The translations under genes were made by a program, and so were the position numbers. From Chiloscyllium plagiosum (Eukaryota), in the NCBI RefSeq assembly GCF_004010195.1, contig NW_025214675.1:13916-48679 (forward strand): a stretch of 34,764 nucleotides of DNA. The letters run 5' to 3'. The notes beneath the pieces are model-generated. The model was not told where the DNA came from, ran no database searches, and saw only the letters and a list, made by a program, of their open reading frames with translations. This document shows, in pieces, positions 1 through 12,190 of the stretch (within the stretch, counting starts at the first letter, position 1; the number at the start of each line of letters is the position of its first letter).

Positions 1-51
1 CCTTGGATGCTGCCTGACCTGCTGCGCTTTTCCAGCAACACATTTTCAGCT
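1..51 (+). mobile_element. 3' part of a Penelope-derived short repeat, cut by the window edge
   Basis: ccttggatgctgcctgacctgctgcgcttttccagcaacacatttt is nearly identical to about 20324-20369. Confidence 0.75.
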
Positions 52-705
52 GTAATTACAGAAAGTAGGCATTATGACTATAACTTGATCAGAAACGTCA
101 TCTTAATATGTAATGACACAGAATCAGCTGCCTCAGCAGTACAATCAAATTTTCTTTGGTATATTCTGAAAACAGATTGTTCTCTTCGTGTGCTTACAAG
201 ATTACAATTTATAATCATCACAATTTTCTATTCAAATTAATTAGTTTCCCTGGATCTTAAAACTTAATTTACTCAAAAACAATTTGCTTAAACATGGATT
301 GTGACAAAATATTACAATTTCACATTATTTATTTGTTAAAAGTTAACACCATATTTCTGGACTGCCTCCCATTGTGTTACCTTAAAAACACCAACATTTA
401 GTTCATTTTAGGTCTTATTCTTAATTACTTTAATAATCCATATTAAATAGGTTGAGTGTTATGTCATTGAACAAGCTGAATCACATAGGACAGCAGATCA
501 ATAATAATGATAATAGTTGTATTTTATCAGGTATTATCCTCTGACTAGCCAATGCCCGTTCTGACATCACAACCCAGCGTATCAAGTATTTGCTATCCTG
601 GTTACATTAGCAAGGTGTGCTGAGAGAAATAGAGGTTGTTTTTGATGTTGATGTTTATTTGAAATACTATAGTTTTGAATATTCTGATAGAAAATAGGTA
701 AGATA

Positions 706-913
706 CAATTGGCTCTGCTATAACACATGTTTCTTCAACACGAATTGGCTTTAATGCGATTGAAGAATTTGTAGAATGCTAACTTTCCTTACCTCTATTG
801 GCTAGATTGCGATTCGGACCCCAGTAGTTTAAATGGTACGGCTATTGCTTGATTTTCATATAACATGAAATCACGAGGGGTAACAGAACTATTGTGTCAT
901 ATCAGACGGACTG
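706..913. mobile_element. Tc1/mariner (pogo/Tigger-like) MITE
   Basis: Flanked by TA (704-705, 914-915). Imperfect TIRs: caattggctctgctataacaca on the left versus reverse-complemented right end cagtccgtctgatatgacaca. No ORF. Confidence 0.7.
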
Positions 914-2013
914 TATATGACTAATTCTCCGAGGAGGGTCAATCATATTCTGATTGACACTGTGCTTTTTCACTTATCCTCTGTCTCTGGCTTGTGCTTC
1001 CAATTCTGACCTCTTCAGAAACACCGAGAATAGCTGTTCGGGAAGCCTTCTAGGTGAGCAGAGATGAATTTGGGAGGCCAAACCGTGGCCTTTTTTTTTA
1101 CCAGCAATTATTGCTGTATTCCAGTGTTCTAAGAAGGAAAAGTAAGTGTGTAGGCTAAGTGGGTGAGGAAGTAGGGTAGCATGTAGGTATTTGAGGAGAC
1201 AAGGTGTCAGGTGGGTGAGGGGGATAGGTGACAAGTAGGTGAAGAGATAATATGCCCATAGACAAGAGGTTAGGGTGTCAAGTGGGCACCCTTGTTTGAT
1301 GGGGTACAGATAGTAGGTGAGTGGGTGAGCTGTAGTGTAGATCAGGTGTCAGGATGGGGGGCAATCAGGAGGATGTTGAGTGCCAGTGTGGGTGGGGGGG
1401 AGAGGGGGTGGCATTGTGTGTTGAGTAGGTGATTGAATGTTTGGAAGAGAGGGAGTAATGTAAGGGGTTAGTTTGGTGGGGCTGGGAGCAGGGGGAATTG
1501 GCCAGAGATACAGTGGTCTTTGCTCTCTGGTTATTTGCAGGCTGGAAGATCTGGACCATACAGTGCAAAGGAAAAAACTTCAAAATTAGTTGTGATTAAA
1601 ATGGGAGAGAGAAAGAGATACAGGTAGAAAGAGCAAGACTCAGCAGAGTAACAACTCCACCCACAAAGAGATGCTCCACACCAATGCCATACAGCCTAAA
1701 TCACCCCTCACCCCATCACCACCCACCACTAAAGCATGAGTGATAATATTGAAGATGTTCTGATTCCCTTTCGAGTTCACTTTTTTTGTACAACCATTTC
1801 TAGAATGGTTCAGTGAAGTAAATATGATCACATTACCTCTGGATCTTTGGACAGAAATGAAAGTATTCCAGGCAAACATTACCTTTTCAAAGACTATATA
1901 TAACTGGGCCAGAGTTTCTATGATGAAATTTGATTTATTATTTTGTGCAAGGTATTTATTTTCGTTTCAACAACTCTGTCCCACATTAACTCAAATTTAT
2001 ATAAAATTTGTGG

Positions 2014-2260
2014 GGTGGCTCAGTAGGGAGTACCTCAGGCTCTGAGCCAGAATCTCCAGGTTTATATCCCATTCCAGAATATGTTGGCCATGGAAGGAGC
2101 TTTAATGCTATGACCAAACAGGTCTATAATCAATTTACTACACTTCCCAACTTTCCTGTGGCATGCAGTTAGAGTGAAAGATTTATGGTCAGCAACACTT
2201 CTTATGGAGAGGTGTCCCTCAAGCTCTAACCCCTCACCCTTCTCTGAATCAGAGAGATGG
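2014..2260 (+). mobile_element. Degraded tRNA-derived SINE-like repeat
   Basis: A-box-like gtggctcagtagg and B-box-like ggtttatatccc. Shares ctctgagccagaa.ctc and downstream similarity with 19230-19465 on the minus strand. Confidence 0.5.
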
Positions 2261-2920
2261 CAGAAATCACAGTTGCTTGTGGACTTTGGCTAATTACACA
2301 ACAGTTGAATGCTGTAATTTTGGTTTAGTTTTGATGGCTAAATGATTACTCCAGATATTTGATCAATAAATGTAAAAAGAATTTGAGTAATTTTAATTAC
2401 ATCAAATCATATTATTGAATAAAATGCAACACCAGAATTGTTCAAGTCACCGAACAAGTAAATACATCAATCATGGTGAGAACAAAATGGTGCATTAAAG
2501 AATACTTCCCATTAATTGTATAACATAATCACAACAGGATCAAACAAAATGAAATACTTATAAATAATTTGTCTGTCGGTCTATACTTAACTCAAAATGT
2601 TAGAATCACATCGCTGTACAGCACTAACCCTCTTTTATGTCTAGTCTAAAGACCACTGATGATGGGAACATCTTTATCCATGTTCATGTTCACATTCATC
2701 CAGGTGTGCAGAATTTGACAGCAAAAACAAATGATCCATTCACATTGGCAAGTTAACTCATGTACCATTGCAGGATATTTAGACAAATCTTCCTCACATG
2801 ACAGTATTTTAAGAATGGTTACACTGGATGCTCCTGAATATCAAGAACAGCAAGTTTCAAAAAGAATTGCATATGCGTCTTTCAGTTACTACTCAAATTT
2901 AGATAAAATCTGAAGCAATC

Positions 2921-2937
2921 TGGCCACCTACTGGTCA
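2921..2937 (-). promoter_or_regulatory. Candidate CTCF site
   Basis: Minus strand reads TGACCAGTAGGTGGCCA, matching the first 12 of 14 positions of core CCASYAGRKGGCRS. Motif match only. Confidence 0.4.
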
Positions 2938-3529
2938 AGGTGCGTAGTCTAGATCCTTGAAATGACAGGTTAAATGTGTTTTCCAAACCTATAATCATGC
3001 TTTGAGTAGCTGGGCAACTGGAATTAGACCTCAAAAATGAAGGAAGAACCCCTTTTATGAAACCATTGATCGTATGACTGTCACACGTTGATTAGCTGAG
3101 CAGTAAGGGCAGACTCATTATTTTGAAAGGGATTGATCAGGATACTCATGGAAATGGGTCGAGCTGATAAATGGCAATGTAGAACCATTCACGTGAGCAT
3201 TTGTGAAATCTCCCAAAATTCCTATACTGCCAGTCCCTCACTCTGCCATGCCCTGAGCAGCATCAATACTTGAGCAACGTTCAGTTTGAAACGTCGATCA
3301 GCTACTTATCCACATTTCGTGATTAGCATATGTGCAGCTAACAGCCTTTAAATACGATTCTCATTTCACTCCTACAGGGAGGGCGAAGGGGAATGATGGA
3401 AAATGCAAATGAAGGAGGCATTATTACAAATACATGGAGAAAAACAATGTATGCAATATCATAACCATGAAAATAAAATCATCTGGTAACTCAAAATTTA
3501 AATAATCTGGGAAGGACTAATCGAGAAGA

Positions 3530-3870
3530 GAAAGCAGTGTGTTATTATCGCTTGTCTATTATTTCAGAGACCCAGGCAATGTTATGGGGACTTGGGTTTG
3601 ATTCCGGTCGTAGAACTTACTTTCATTAACAAATCTGGAATTGAGTCTAATCATGACCATGAAACCATTGTTGATTGTCAGGAAAAAAAATTTGGTTCAC
3701 TAATGTTCTTTAGGGAAGGAAACTGTCACCCTCACCTGCTCTGGCCTACGTGAGACTCCAAGTCCACATTAATGTGGATGACTCTTAACTGCGCTCTGGG
3801 AAATTAGTATTGGGCAATAATATGCTGGCCTCAGCAGCAACGCCTGCATCCCGTCAATGAATTTTAAAAA
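3530..3870 (+). mobile_element. tRNA-derived shark SINE-like element (family not named)
   Basis: B-box-like gggtttgattcc, body tggttcactaatg..ctttagggaaggaaa...gactcttaactgc.ctctg, tail gggcaataa..tgctggcc...catccc..aatgaat plus A-run. Related pieces at 27070-27310 and 33385-33479. Confidence 0.7.
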
Positions 3871-3879
3871 GGTAAGGTC

Positions 3880-4950
3880 TACTAGAAACAAAAGTGGCAT
3901 TCTGTGTATGGAGCCAGAAGATATAGCTGATGTTTTAAATGAGTACTTTCCACCTCCATTTACTATAGAGGAGAAAGATGTAGCTACAGAAATCAGGAAA
4001 GGGAGACTTTGATATGAATTAATGAATTAGCATTGGAGGGGTGTTATTAGCAGTTTTAGTGGCTTGAAAGTTGATAAATCCCAGGCATTGATGATATGAT
4101 CTCAGGATGCAGTGGGAAGCAAGGGTGGAAATTACAACAGCTCTGAAGTTAATTTTCAAATTCTCTCTGGCCACAGGCCACCGAATGTGGTATCATTATT
4201 CAAGAAGGATGGCGAGGATAAACCAGGAAACTACATGCCAGAGGGCCTAATATCTGAGGTAAGTAAACTATTGAAAAAATTCTGAGGAGTGAAATGAATC
4301 TCCAGTTGGAAAGGCAAGGATTAATCAAGAATAGTTGACATGTCTTTGTCAAGGGACAGGCCATGCCTAATAAGTTTGATTGAATTGTTTGAGGAGATGA
4401 CTAGGCGTGTAGCTGAAAGTAGTGAAGTTGATACAGCCTGCATGGACTTCAGTAAAGCTCTTGACAAAGTCTTGCATGGTAGATTGGTTAAGAAGCTAAG
4501 AGCCCATGACAGCCAGTGCAATTTGGCAAATTAGATCCAAAAGTAGCAAGTGGCAGGAAATGAAAGATGATGATTAAAGGGTGCTTTAGTGACTGGAACC
4601 ATGTTTCCAATGTAGTACCATAGATAGTTTGGGTGCTGGGTCTTTTGTTATTTGTTATGTACATTAAATGATCTAGACATGAATGTAGGAGGTATGATCA
4701 GTGAGCTCCCAGATGACAGAGAGATTTCACTCAAGGCTTTGATTCTTTGGAGTTCTCTGCCTCAGGAGGTTGTTGATATTTGATCGCTGTATATATGTGA
4801 GGCTGAGATACAGAGATATTCAGTCTTTCAGGGAATCGAGGAATGATGGGGAATGGGAAAGTGTGTTGAGGCTGAAAACCAGCCATACTAGTACTGAATT
4901 AGTGGGTATGCCCAAGTGGTCAGATGGTCCACTCCTGTTCTTATTTCTTA
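3880..4950 (+). mobile_element. CR1 LINE ORF2 (RT) fragment, degenerate, with internal deletion near 4720
   Basis: Remnant motifs KPGNY, CLISLIELFEEMT and MDFSKALDKVLHGRL, then degenerate VPQGSVLG and INDLD..DD-like sequence. It then jumps to the CR1 3' end (actcctgttcttatttctta). Confidence 0.85.
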
Positions 4951-5142
4951 CATTTTCAGGTACAACCTGATTTATTACTACATCAACAATATCCGATAAG
5001 CTAATATTTTCTAAAACACGCCATTTACAGCTGACAACACAGCTTACAATCAAACAATTCATGTCATTGGAAAATTGTAAAGCACAATATTGATCATTCA
5101 ACTCCATACATTTTGCTAAAAAGTAATTATTTTATTACTCAC

Positions 5143-6445
5143 GTTTTTAAAGGTAGCCTCTTCTTCTTTGACGATTTATTATTAACATCCCCCTCACTTG
5201 TACCAGTGTCATCATTCACCTCAAATGAAGCAGATGAATGAGAAGGGGATCCTGAGATTTTCGTAGAAGATTTGAACGGGTCCACAGAGTTATCACAGTT
5301 GTCCGTGTCAAAACTGAATGAAGCATGAGGCAACTTGGGAGAATTTGGAACCTGTACATTACTACTAAATGGGTTGAAATTAGGGTCATCCCATTTAGAA
5401 GGATCAAATGAATATGTTGTCTTTGGAATTGGGATATCATCAGGATCAGCAGTTGAATTAGATGAAGCAGTAAGAGCATTGTCCACCTTTTCAACTGTAG
5501 GAACCTTCTTGATTCCGATCTTTGGCTTTCTTAGTGGCATCTTTCCACCAGATTTTTTGCCAAATTTCTTGGGAACAGGCTGTTTATCTTGTTCAGTTTC
5601 AAAACTGTCTTTATCCTCAGAGTAATCAAATTCCAGCCTCACTGCATGGCCCACGGCTGGAGTGCCTGAAATTGGTCCAGACTCAGGTGCTATTTTGTCA
5701 GATTCTGTTAGAACTACAGTAAAAGTCTCACTTTCACTCTGTGCAGCTGGTAAACTTTGTTGTTTATCTCCACAAGCAAACAGACTACGCTCAGAAAGAT
5801 TATCTGCATCAGAGCTGCAGGACACTTGATGAGTAATGGGAGAGTCCTGTTGGTTTACAGCACTTTGTAAACTGTTGCCGGGTAATTGAGATGTAGTGAC
5901 GTCTTTATCACTCTCAAGTACTGTTGGCTTTGCATTGGCTTCTGTTGCTGTTGGGGCCTCCGTTGATTTATCTGGTTGTGTCTCTGCTTGTTTCTCTGAT
6001 CTGGTCTTTCTTTTTAAAGACAGTGGTCTCGGTTTCTTTTTCTTAACACTGTGAACATTATCTGAGGCTATGCTAAAGGCCTCTGCCTGCAAAGCTTTAT
6101 CCCCATGCTCTGTGCGACTAATATCGCTAATTCCATCAGCTTTCCGTGTGAATGGTGGAGATTGTGGTGGTGGTGAGCTGGTACTGCCTGACTTCACACA
6201 AGCCTGTCCACAATTTTTGGAACCTTCTGACTTCACAGGTGAGCTTGCATCCAAAGAGGAGTGAGGTTGGAAAGAGTCCAAAGCATCAAGACTATCAAAA
6301 TCAATTTTATAAGCTCCACTGCTGGCTATTGGTTTATCTTCATCAAAGACAATTGAAGCTGACTCAGTGAGAGGTCTGAAGGAATCAGTTTCCTGGAGTG
6401 AGGTTTCAGGGGTGACAGCAACCTGATTATCATCAGGAAAAAACA
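5143..6445 (-). CDS. TACC2: TACC2 large internal coding exon (1303 bp; SDP/SPAZ-type repeat region and basic NLS-like stretches)
   Basis: The 435-aa ORF has TACC2-type motifs VFDEDKPIASSG, AVRLEFDYSEDK, KMPLRKPK, DIPIPKTTYSFDPSKWDDPNFNPFSS, SPKLP and KKKRLPLKT. Acceptor ttctttctgtttcAG (AG at 6447-6446) and donor AC|GTGAGT (GT at 5142-5141). Enters in phase 1, exits in phase 2. Confidence 0.95.
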
Positions 6446-6739
6446 CTGAAACAGAAAGAACAATAATAATAGAAAAAAGTGATTACTGTACATTATTACT
6501 GAAAATATATGCCTGTCCTCATCCTTCCACACTAAACATTCAAATTAAGTAATCCAAATCTTTAAATAAAAATGGCATCAAAATGAACATGTTTAAAATG
6601 AAGCTGCTGTTTTTAAACAGAAAATGAGTCCACCCATTCTCTCGTTGAAGCTAGCAAGCTGGTATTATCTCATGTGGTCGTAATAACCTTAAAAATATAA
6701 AATACCAACATAATAGTGATGCGCAGTAACGGGCTCAAC

Positions 6740-7170
6740 TGTAACATTCATTTCTGCATTTCTCTCAAGAATCAACTTGAAGAACAACCTCTTCTCTGGC
6801 TCTGTGGTATCATACTGCTTGACTAACATTTGTTCTTCCATAAGTCTACACTTCCTCCTGCTACACATTGGAAGAATAAAGTTATCATTTTCTCCCACTG
6901 CAGCTAAATCCAATCCCTTCCTGGCCATGGTCTCATGCTGAACCTGACTGCTCATGACTCTGGCTAACCTCACATTTTCTCATAATAAGACTGCTTCAAC
7001 CTCTGCAACTTTACCAGTCTCCACTCATAACTTACCCTTTCCATCACAAAAACTGAATAATGTCTTTGTCACCTCAGGACTAATACTCCAATGGTCTCCT
7101 TTGCTGACTTCCCATCTTCCACCTTCTAAACTGCAGCTCATCCAGAACTTGCAGTATTCCTTTATTCTTA
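6740..7170 (+). mobile_element. Old L2 LINE ORF2 C-terminal fragment
   Basis: Translated NNVFVTSGL...SHLPPSKLQLIQN resembles the L2 consensus LIHAFVTSRLDYSN..LP...KLQLIQN. Confidence 0.6.
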
Positions 7171-7654
7171 TGGTAACAGGTCTATTTTGAAATGAATCTT
7201 CTTCCTATTATTTTAAAATTAGTAAGCAAGGAGGGAAAATTGGGCTGATATTTTACTCATTGCAATCCCGCTCAGTAGGTTTACTCGTACAAATGTCAAG
7301 CCACTGCTCATTCTGATACTTGAAGCAGTAACCAGCAGTTTGAAACTATTACCTATTACATGCATAGCGCAAGTAATTTGATTCTTTACAAGCAGCCTTT
7401 TTATGTTCATTGTTGAATAGGATTTGTTGCTGGTTCTTATTTTGTTTATGAATTCCTTTTTCACCATCTAACCATCTTCAGTAATTGGAATAAAATCCAA
7501 ACAATGCTGCCTCAGACTTTTTCCAGTAATTGCAATATATTTATAGAGTTATTGTGTTCCATATTCCAATGTTCATATTTACTATTTTCCAACGTATTGT
7601 ATAGTTCATCCTCCTTCGACTAGAAGCTTGTCCATTATCTACACCTCCCCACAT

Positions 7655-8210
7655 GCCCACCCACCATCCCAGGCAATTGCAGAAGGTGTAACACCTGCCC
7701 ATTCATTTACTTCCTCCTTCCTCACTATCCAAGGTTCCAGACACACCTTCCAAGTAAAGCAGCAATTTCTCTCACTTCATTCAATTTAGTCTATTGTATT
7801 CACTACTCTCAATATGGTCTCCTGTACATTGGGAAATACAGACTGGGCAACTGCTTTGTGAAACACCTATATTCTGTTCAAAAAAATGATCCCATGCCAC
7901 CAGTTGCCGGCCATTTCCACACATCACTGTGTTCCCTGGCCAAGATCTCTGCCTCAGACTTGCTGCAGTGCTCCAACGAGGCTCAGCACTAGCTGGAACA
8001 TAGGCATTGCAGTTTCTGCTTGGGGATCCTGCAGCCAAGAGTGCTCAATATCAAATTCAATAATTTTAGGGCCTGAATATCTTCTTCCATGACTATCACT
8101 CATCCCAAACTACAGGCCCTGTCATGACATGGGTTGCTTTCAGCACAGCCAACTCATTTTCACCTATTCATGGTCCCCATTATCAGCTTTTGTGTCTCCC
8201 TGGCCTCTGT
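7655..8210 (+). mobile_element. Penelope-like element fragment (GIY-YIG endonuclease with upstream Cys-knuckle) plus 3' region
   Basis: Manual translation: CRRCNTCP ... NLVYCIHYSQYGLLYIGK (7783-7836) ... PVAGHF ... LGILQPRVLNIKFNNFRA* (stop at 8074-8076). Contains frameshifts and stops. Confidence 0.85.
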
Positions 8211-8469
8211 GTAGGTAAATTGTATTACTCAGTAGTAAGCAATCCAGGTCACTTATGTTAAATCAAGTCACGAATGAACAGCAGTACCTCAGGGCCAAAA
8301 ATAAAAATTGTGTTTCAAGAGCCAAGTTTGAAATCTACACACAAACTATAACTAATATCATAACTAATGGGCTATCACTGGATTTGCAATTGGAAAATTT
8401 GAATCAAAATTTTGAAATGGAATTAATGCAGATATAAAGATCATGTTATATCCAAGGTGTAATCAGTGA

Positions 8470-8995
8470 GATAAATGCAAGGTGCTGCATTTTGGAAAAG
8501 CAAATCACAGCAGGACTTAATGGACCTGGAGAGTGCTGCTGAACAAAGAGACAATACTTTGAAGGTTTATAGTTCCTTGAAAGTGGAGTTGCAGGTGAAG
8601 GTGGTGTTTGGTATGCTATCCTTTATTGGTCAGAGCATTGAGCATAGGAGTTGGGAGGTCACATTGCCACTGTACAGGACATTGGTTAGGCCACTTTTGG
8701 AATAGCGTGTGCAATCCTGGTCTCCCTCTTTTGGGAAGATGTTGTGAAACTGGAAAGGGTTCAGAAAAGATTTACAACAATGTTGCCAGAGTTAGAGGGT
8801 TTGAGCTTGGGCAGGCTAGGGCAGTAAACAGCTGGCTACCTACTAATTTCTATTGGCGTCAGATTCTCCTGCCATTTATGAAGGGGTCACAGAATAAGTA
8901 AATGGAACTAGATTAGGTTAGGATATCTGGTCAGCATGGATGAGTTAGACTGAAGGGTGTTTCTCTGCTGTACATGTCAATGACTCTATGATTCT
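8470..8995 (+). mobile_element. 5'-truncated CR1 3' fragment with a foreign 92-bp insert
   Basis: FGMLSFIGQSIEHRSWEV..LYRTLVRPLLE, and CR1 tail tggtcagcatggatgagttagactgaaggg...atgactctatgattct. Confidence 0.85.
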
Positions 8996-9309
8996 AATGG
9001 AGAATGTTTTTCGTATCGAGTTCAAGGAATAGTAAATGAAGGATGCACAGCACAACATTGGCAGAATTCAAATTATTGTATAAACCTTTCATTTTACTGG
9101 TCAAATTTTTGTTGAACTCATTTTCTTGTAGATCATGAGAAATTAATCCCTCCACTGAACAGATGGATGTATCAACAAATGTGTTTTGCTTTAATTGTGT
9201 GTCTTTAGTCATCTTAATGGGCAGGCTAGGGCAGTAAACAGCTGGCTACCTACTAATTTCTATTGGCGTCAGATTCTCCTGCCATTTATGAAGGGGTCAC
9301 AGAATAAGT
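8808..9309 (+). repeat. Perfect 92-bp direct duplication (8808-8899 = 9218-9309)
   Basis: tgggcaggctagggcagtaaac...gggtcacagaataagt is identical in both copies, 410 bp apart. Confidence 0.95.
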
Positions 9310-9786
9310 TTTATCATAGAGGAGATGGGACCTTTTCAAAGTGAACAGAAATAACCAGTGACATTATAGGTCAAATGTTATGTCATTATCATTGCATCAA
9401 GACATCAGACACTGTCCCGGTTACTGGCATCCGACATTATTAAGGGGCAGTTGAGAAATCAATGTACTTCCATTTCTCCCTCAGAGAGCTCATTATGGGG
9501 TATTGTTTCAATCCTTCCATCTAGGTCTTTAGGAGTTTCATGTGTACCTTACTCCATAGGCTGGCCCACTGAGCATGATGCAATAGCCATTTTTCACCAC
9601 TTGCCTCCCCCCACCCCACCTCCAACTGGCCTCAATCCCAACCACTTCCAGCATCAAGGTGAATTCCCCAGTGTAGATGGGAATAGCGCAAAATATCTGC
9701 CTGAAATATGTAAAATAGCCTATTCCTAGGAATTCACCAAAGTCAATAATCAGTTGTAAACAAAAGCATGTCATTTAACTGCACAG

Positions 9787-11110
9787 AAGGTTGATAAGTC
9801 CCTGGGGCCTGATGGTCTACATCCCAGGGTACTGAAGGAAGTGGCTCGAGAAATTGTGGATGCGTTGGTGATTATTTTCCAGAGTTCGATAGATTCGGGA
9901 TCAGTTCCTGCGGATTGGAGGGTGGCTAATGTTGTACCACTTTTTAAGAAAGGTGGGAGAGAGAAAGCAGGAAATTACAGACCAGTTAGTCTGACCTCAG
10001 TGNNNNNNNNNNNNNNNNNNNNNNNNNNNNNNNNNNNNNNNNNNNNNNNNNNNNNNNNNNNNNNNNNNNNNNNNNNNNNNNNNNNNNNNNNNNNNNNNNN
10101 NNNNNNNNNNNNNNNNNNNNNNNNNNNNNNNNNNNNNNNNNNNNNNNNNNNNNNNNNNNNNNNNNNNNNNNNNNNNNNNNNNNNNNNNNNNNNNNNNNNN
10201 NNNNNNNNNNNNNNNNNNNNNNNNNNNNNNNNNNNNNNNNNNNNNNNNNNNNNNNNNNNNNNNNNNNNNNNNNNNNNNNNNNNNNNNNNNNNNNNNNNNN
10301 NNNNNNNNNNNNNNNNNNNNNNNNNNNNNNNNNNNNNNNNNNNNNNNNNNNNNNNNNNNNNNNNNNNNNNNNNNNNNNNNNNNNNNNNNNNNNNNNNNNN
10401 NNNNNNNNNNNNNNNNNNNNNNNNNNNNNNNNNNNNNNNNNNNNNNNNNNNNNNNNNNNNNNNAGGCGGCTAATAGCATGCTGGACTTCATAACAAGAGG
10501 GATTGAGTATAGAAGCAAAGAGGTTCTTCTGCAGCTGTACAGGGCCCTGGTGAGACCACATCTGGAGTATTGTGTGCAGTTCTGGTCTCCAAGTTTGAGG
10601 AAAGACATTCTGGCTATTGAGGGAGTGCAGTGTAGGTTCACGAGGTCAATTCCTGGAATGGCGGACTACCTTACGCTGAAAGACTGGAGCAACTGGGCTT
10701 GTATACCCTTGAATTAAGATGACTGAAGGGGGATCTGATTGAGACATACCAGATTATTAAAGGATTGGACACTCTGGAGGCAGGAAACATGTTTCCACTG
10801 TTGGGCGAGTGCCGAACCAGAGGACACAGCTTAAAAATACGGAGTAGATCATTTAGGACAGAGATGAGGAGAAACTTCTTCACCCAGAGAGTAATGGCTG
10901 TGTGGAATGCTCTTCCCCAGAGGGCAGTGGGGGCCCAGTCTCTGGATTCATTTAAGAAAGAGTTGGATAGAGCTCTCAAGGATAGTGGAATCAAGGGTTA
11001 CGGAGATAAGGCAGGAACAGGATACTGATTAAGGATGATCAGCCACGATCATATTGAATGGTGGTGCAAGCTCGAAGGGCAGAATAGCCTACTCCTGCAC
11101 CTATTGTCTA
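9787..11110 (+). mobile_element. Young 5'-truncated CR1 LINE (HER1-like) spanning an assembly gap
   Basis: DWRVANVVPLFKKGGREKAGNYRPVSLTSV, LYRALVRPHLEYCVQFWSP, RTRGHSLKI, RRNFFTQRV..VWNALP. Ends actcctgcacctattgtcta. Frameshift near 10660. Confidence 0.93.
10003..10463. other. Assembly gap (461 N)
   Basis: Run of N inside the CR1 RT region. Confidence 1.
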
Positions 11111-11789
11111 AAAAAAAAAGTCAGCAAAGAGAAAGCTTCACATAGCAGATACCATACATTTTATTTCATTTCTTGAGTGCATTCTTCCTCCGAATAAAAT
11201 AAGAGGTAGCTAAAGAAACTTGTGAGATCATTTAGGGTCCATCTTTCTGTCAGAATTGAAATGCTGCCAACTAGGTCATTCACACTTACTGCAGTATCAC
11301 AAGATGCTGAAATATATGTTTCTGATCTAAGTTAAGGTTCTATTCCTATGATCCAAAACCAACCATACGCAGCAGATTATTTCAGCTATGGAATAGAAAA
11401 CTCAAGAAGCAAGTTGCTGAAAAATGAAGAAGAAAACTACAAGCTACTCTAAGCAGGTCTCAATTATGAAACAGTAACACAAATTGCAAGTTACATCGCT
11501 AGAACGCAGAAAGAACTGGTCTTCATATACAGTTACTTCAGTGAATTTGCATGTTCCTTTCTCTTCTTCCTTTTCCTCATTATTAATTAATTTCTGCAAT
11601 AATATGCACACAATTACAGTCAGAAAAAGGCATAACACCCCCCTACTATAGCCAGCATATTCTGAGAAACTGAGCAGATTGTTCAGAGGTGAAGTGAAGG
11701 TGAAGCCAGATTCGTAAGTAAAGCATGGTTCTAGCACTGATTGCATAATAGAAATATTTTCTCTTGGTACAACAAGCAAATCTTTTCAC

Positions 11790-12190
11790 AGACCCCATTC
11801 ATCAGCTGATCCCTAATCCACCTGCACCTATACCTTCCTGTTTATGTCTGCATCTCCGTCAAGGCTCCAACTGTGATCTTGGCATGCTCAACTATATGAC
11901 CTCATGCAGCTGTGATTTCTTCCATTTCCTTCACCTCTCCTATGTCCCAGTTCCCTGACAATCCTTCTGCCCTTCAGCTCCCTACCATCTCCTCTGTGCT
12001 TCCCAGAAATGCAAATGAGACAAACACTTAGTTAGGTAACCTGTAGAAAAATGTTTAATGACCTCCTTCTGATGAATAGTTCTGAAGAAGAGTCAAAATG
12101 GGCTCAAAACATCAATTCTGCTTTCTCTCCAAAAGATGCTGTCAGACCAGCTGAGTTTCTCCAGGATTATCAAATGTTTATTTTAATTAC
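11790..12190 (+). mobile_element. Degraded Penelope-type 3' end (pLTR) with decayed hammerhead-like core
   Basis: Pyrimidine-rich tract, then CTGAAGA-A-GAGTC-aaaat-GGGCTC-AAAAC (from 12082) and ...agatgctgtcagaccagctgagtttctccag, as in 23400-23590. Confidence 0.6.

Noticed and set aside
1140..1510. G-rich, strand-skewed tract (possible G-quadruplex)
   Set aside because: No clear periodicity; likely low-complexity interior of a degraded repeat. No function can be supported.
1..5142. Next TACC2 exons, including a possible short alternative exon after PLKT
   Set aside because: No in-frame candidate with recognisable sequence found. A 35-nt AG..GT candidate near 1883-1917 contains a stop codon.
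5139..6446. 435-aa ORF as a standalone intronless gene
   Set aside because: Its GTG start overlaps the acceptor AG and its TGA lies within the GTGAGT donor, so it is an internal exon.
9841..10641. Long ORFs of about 200 aa
   Set aside because: Artefacts of the N run; the flanks are CR1 ORF2.
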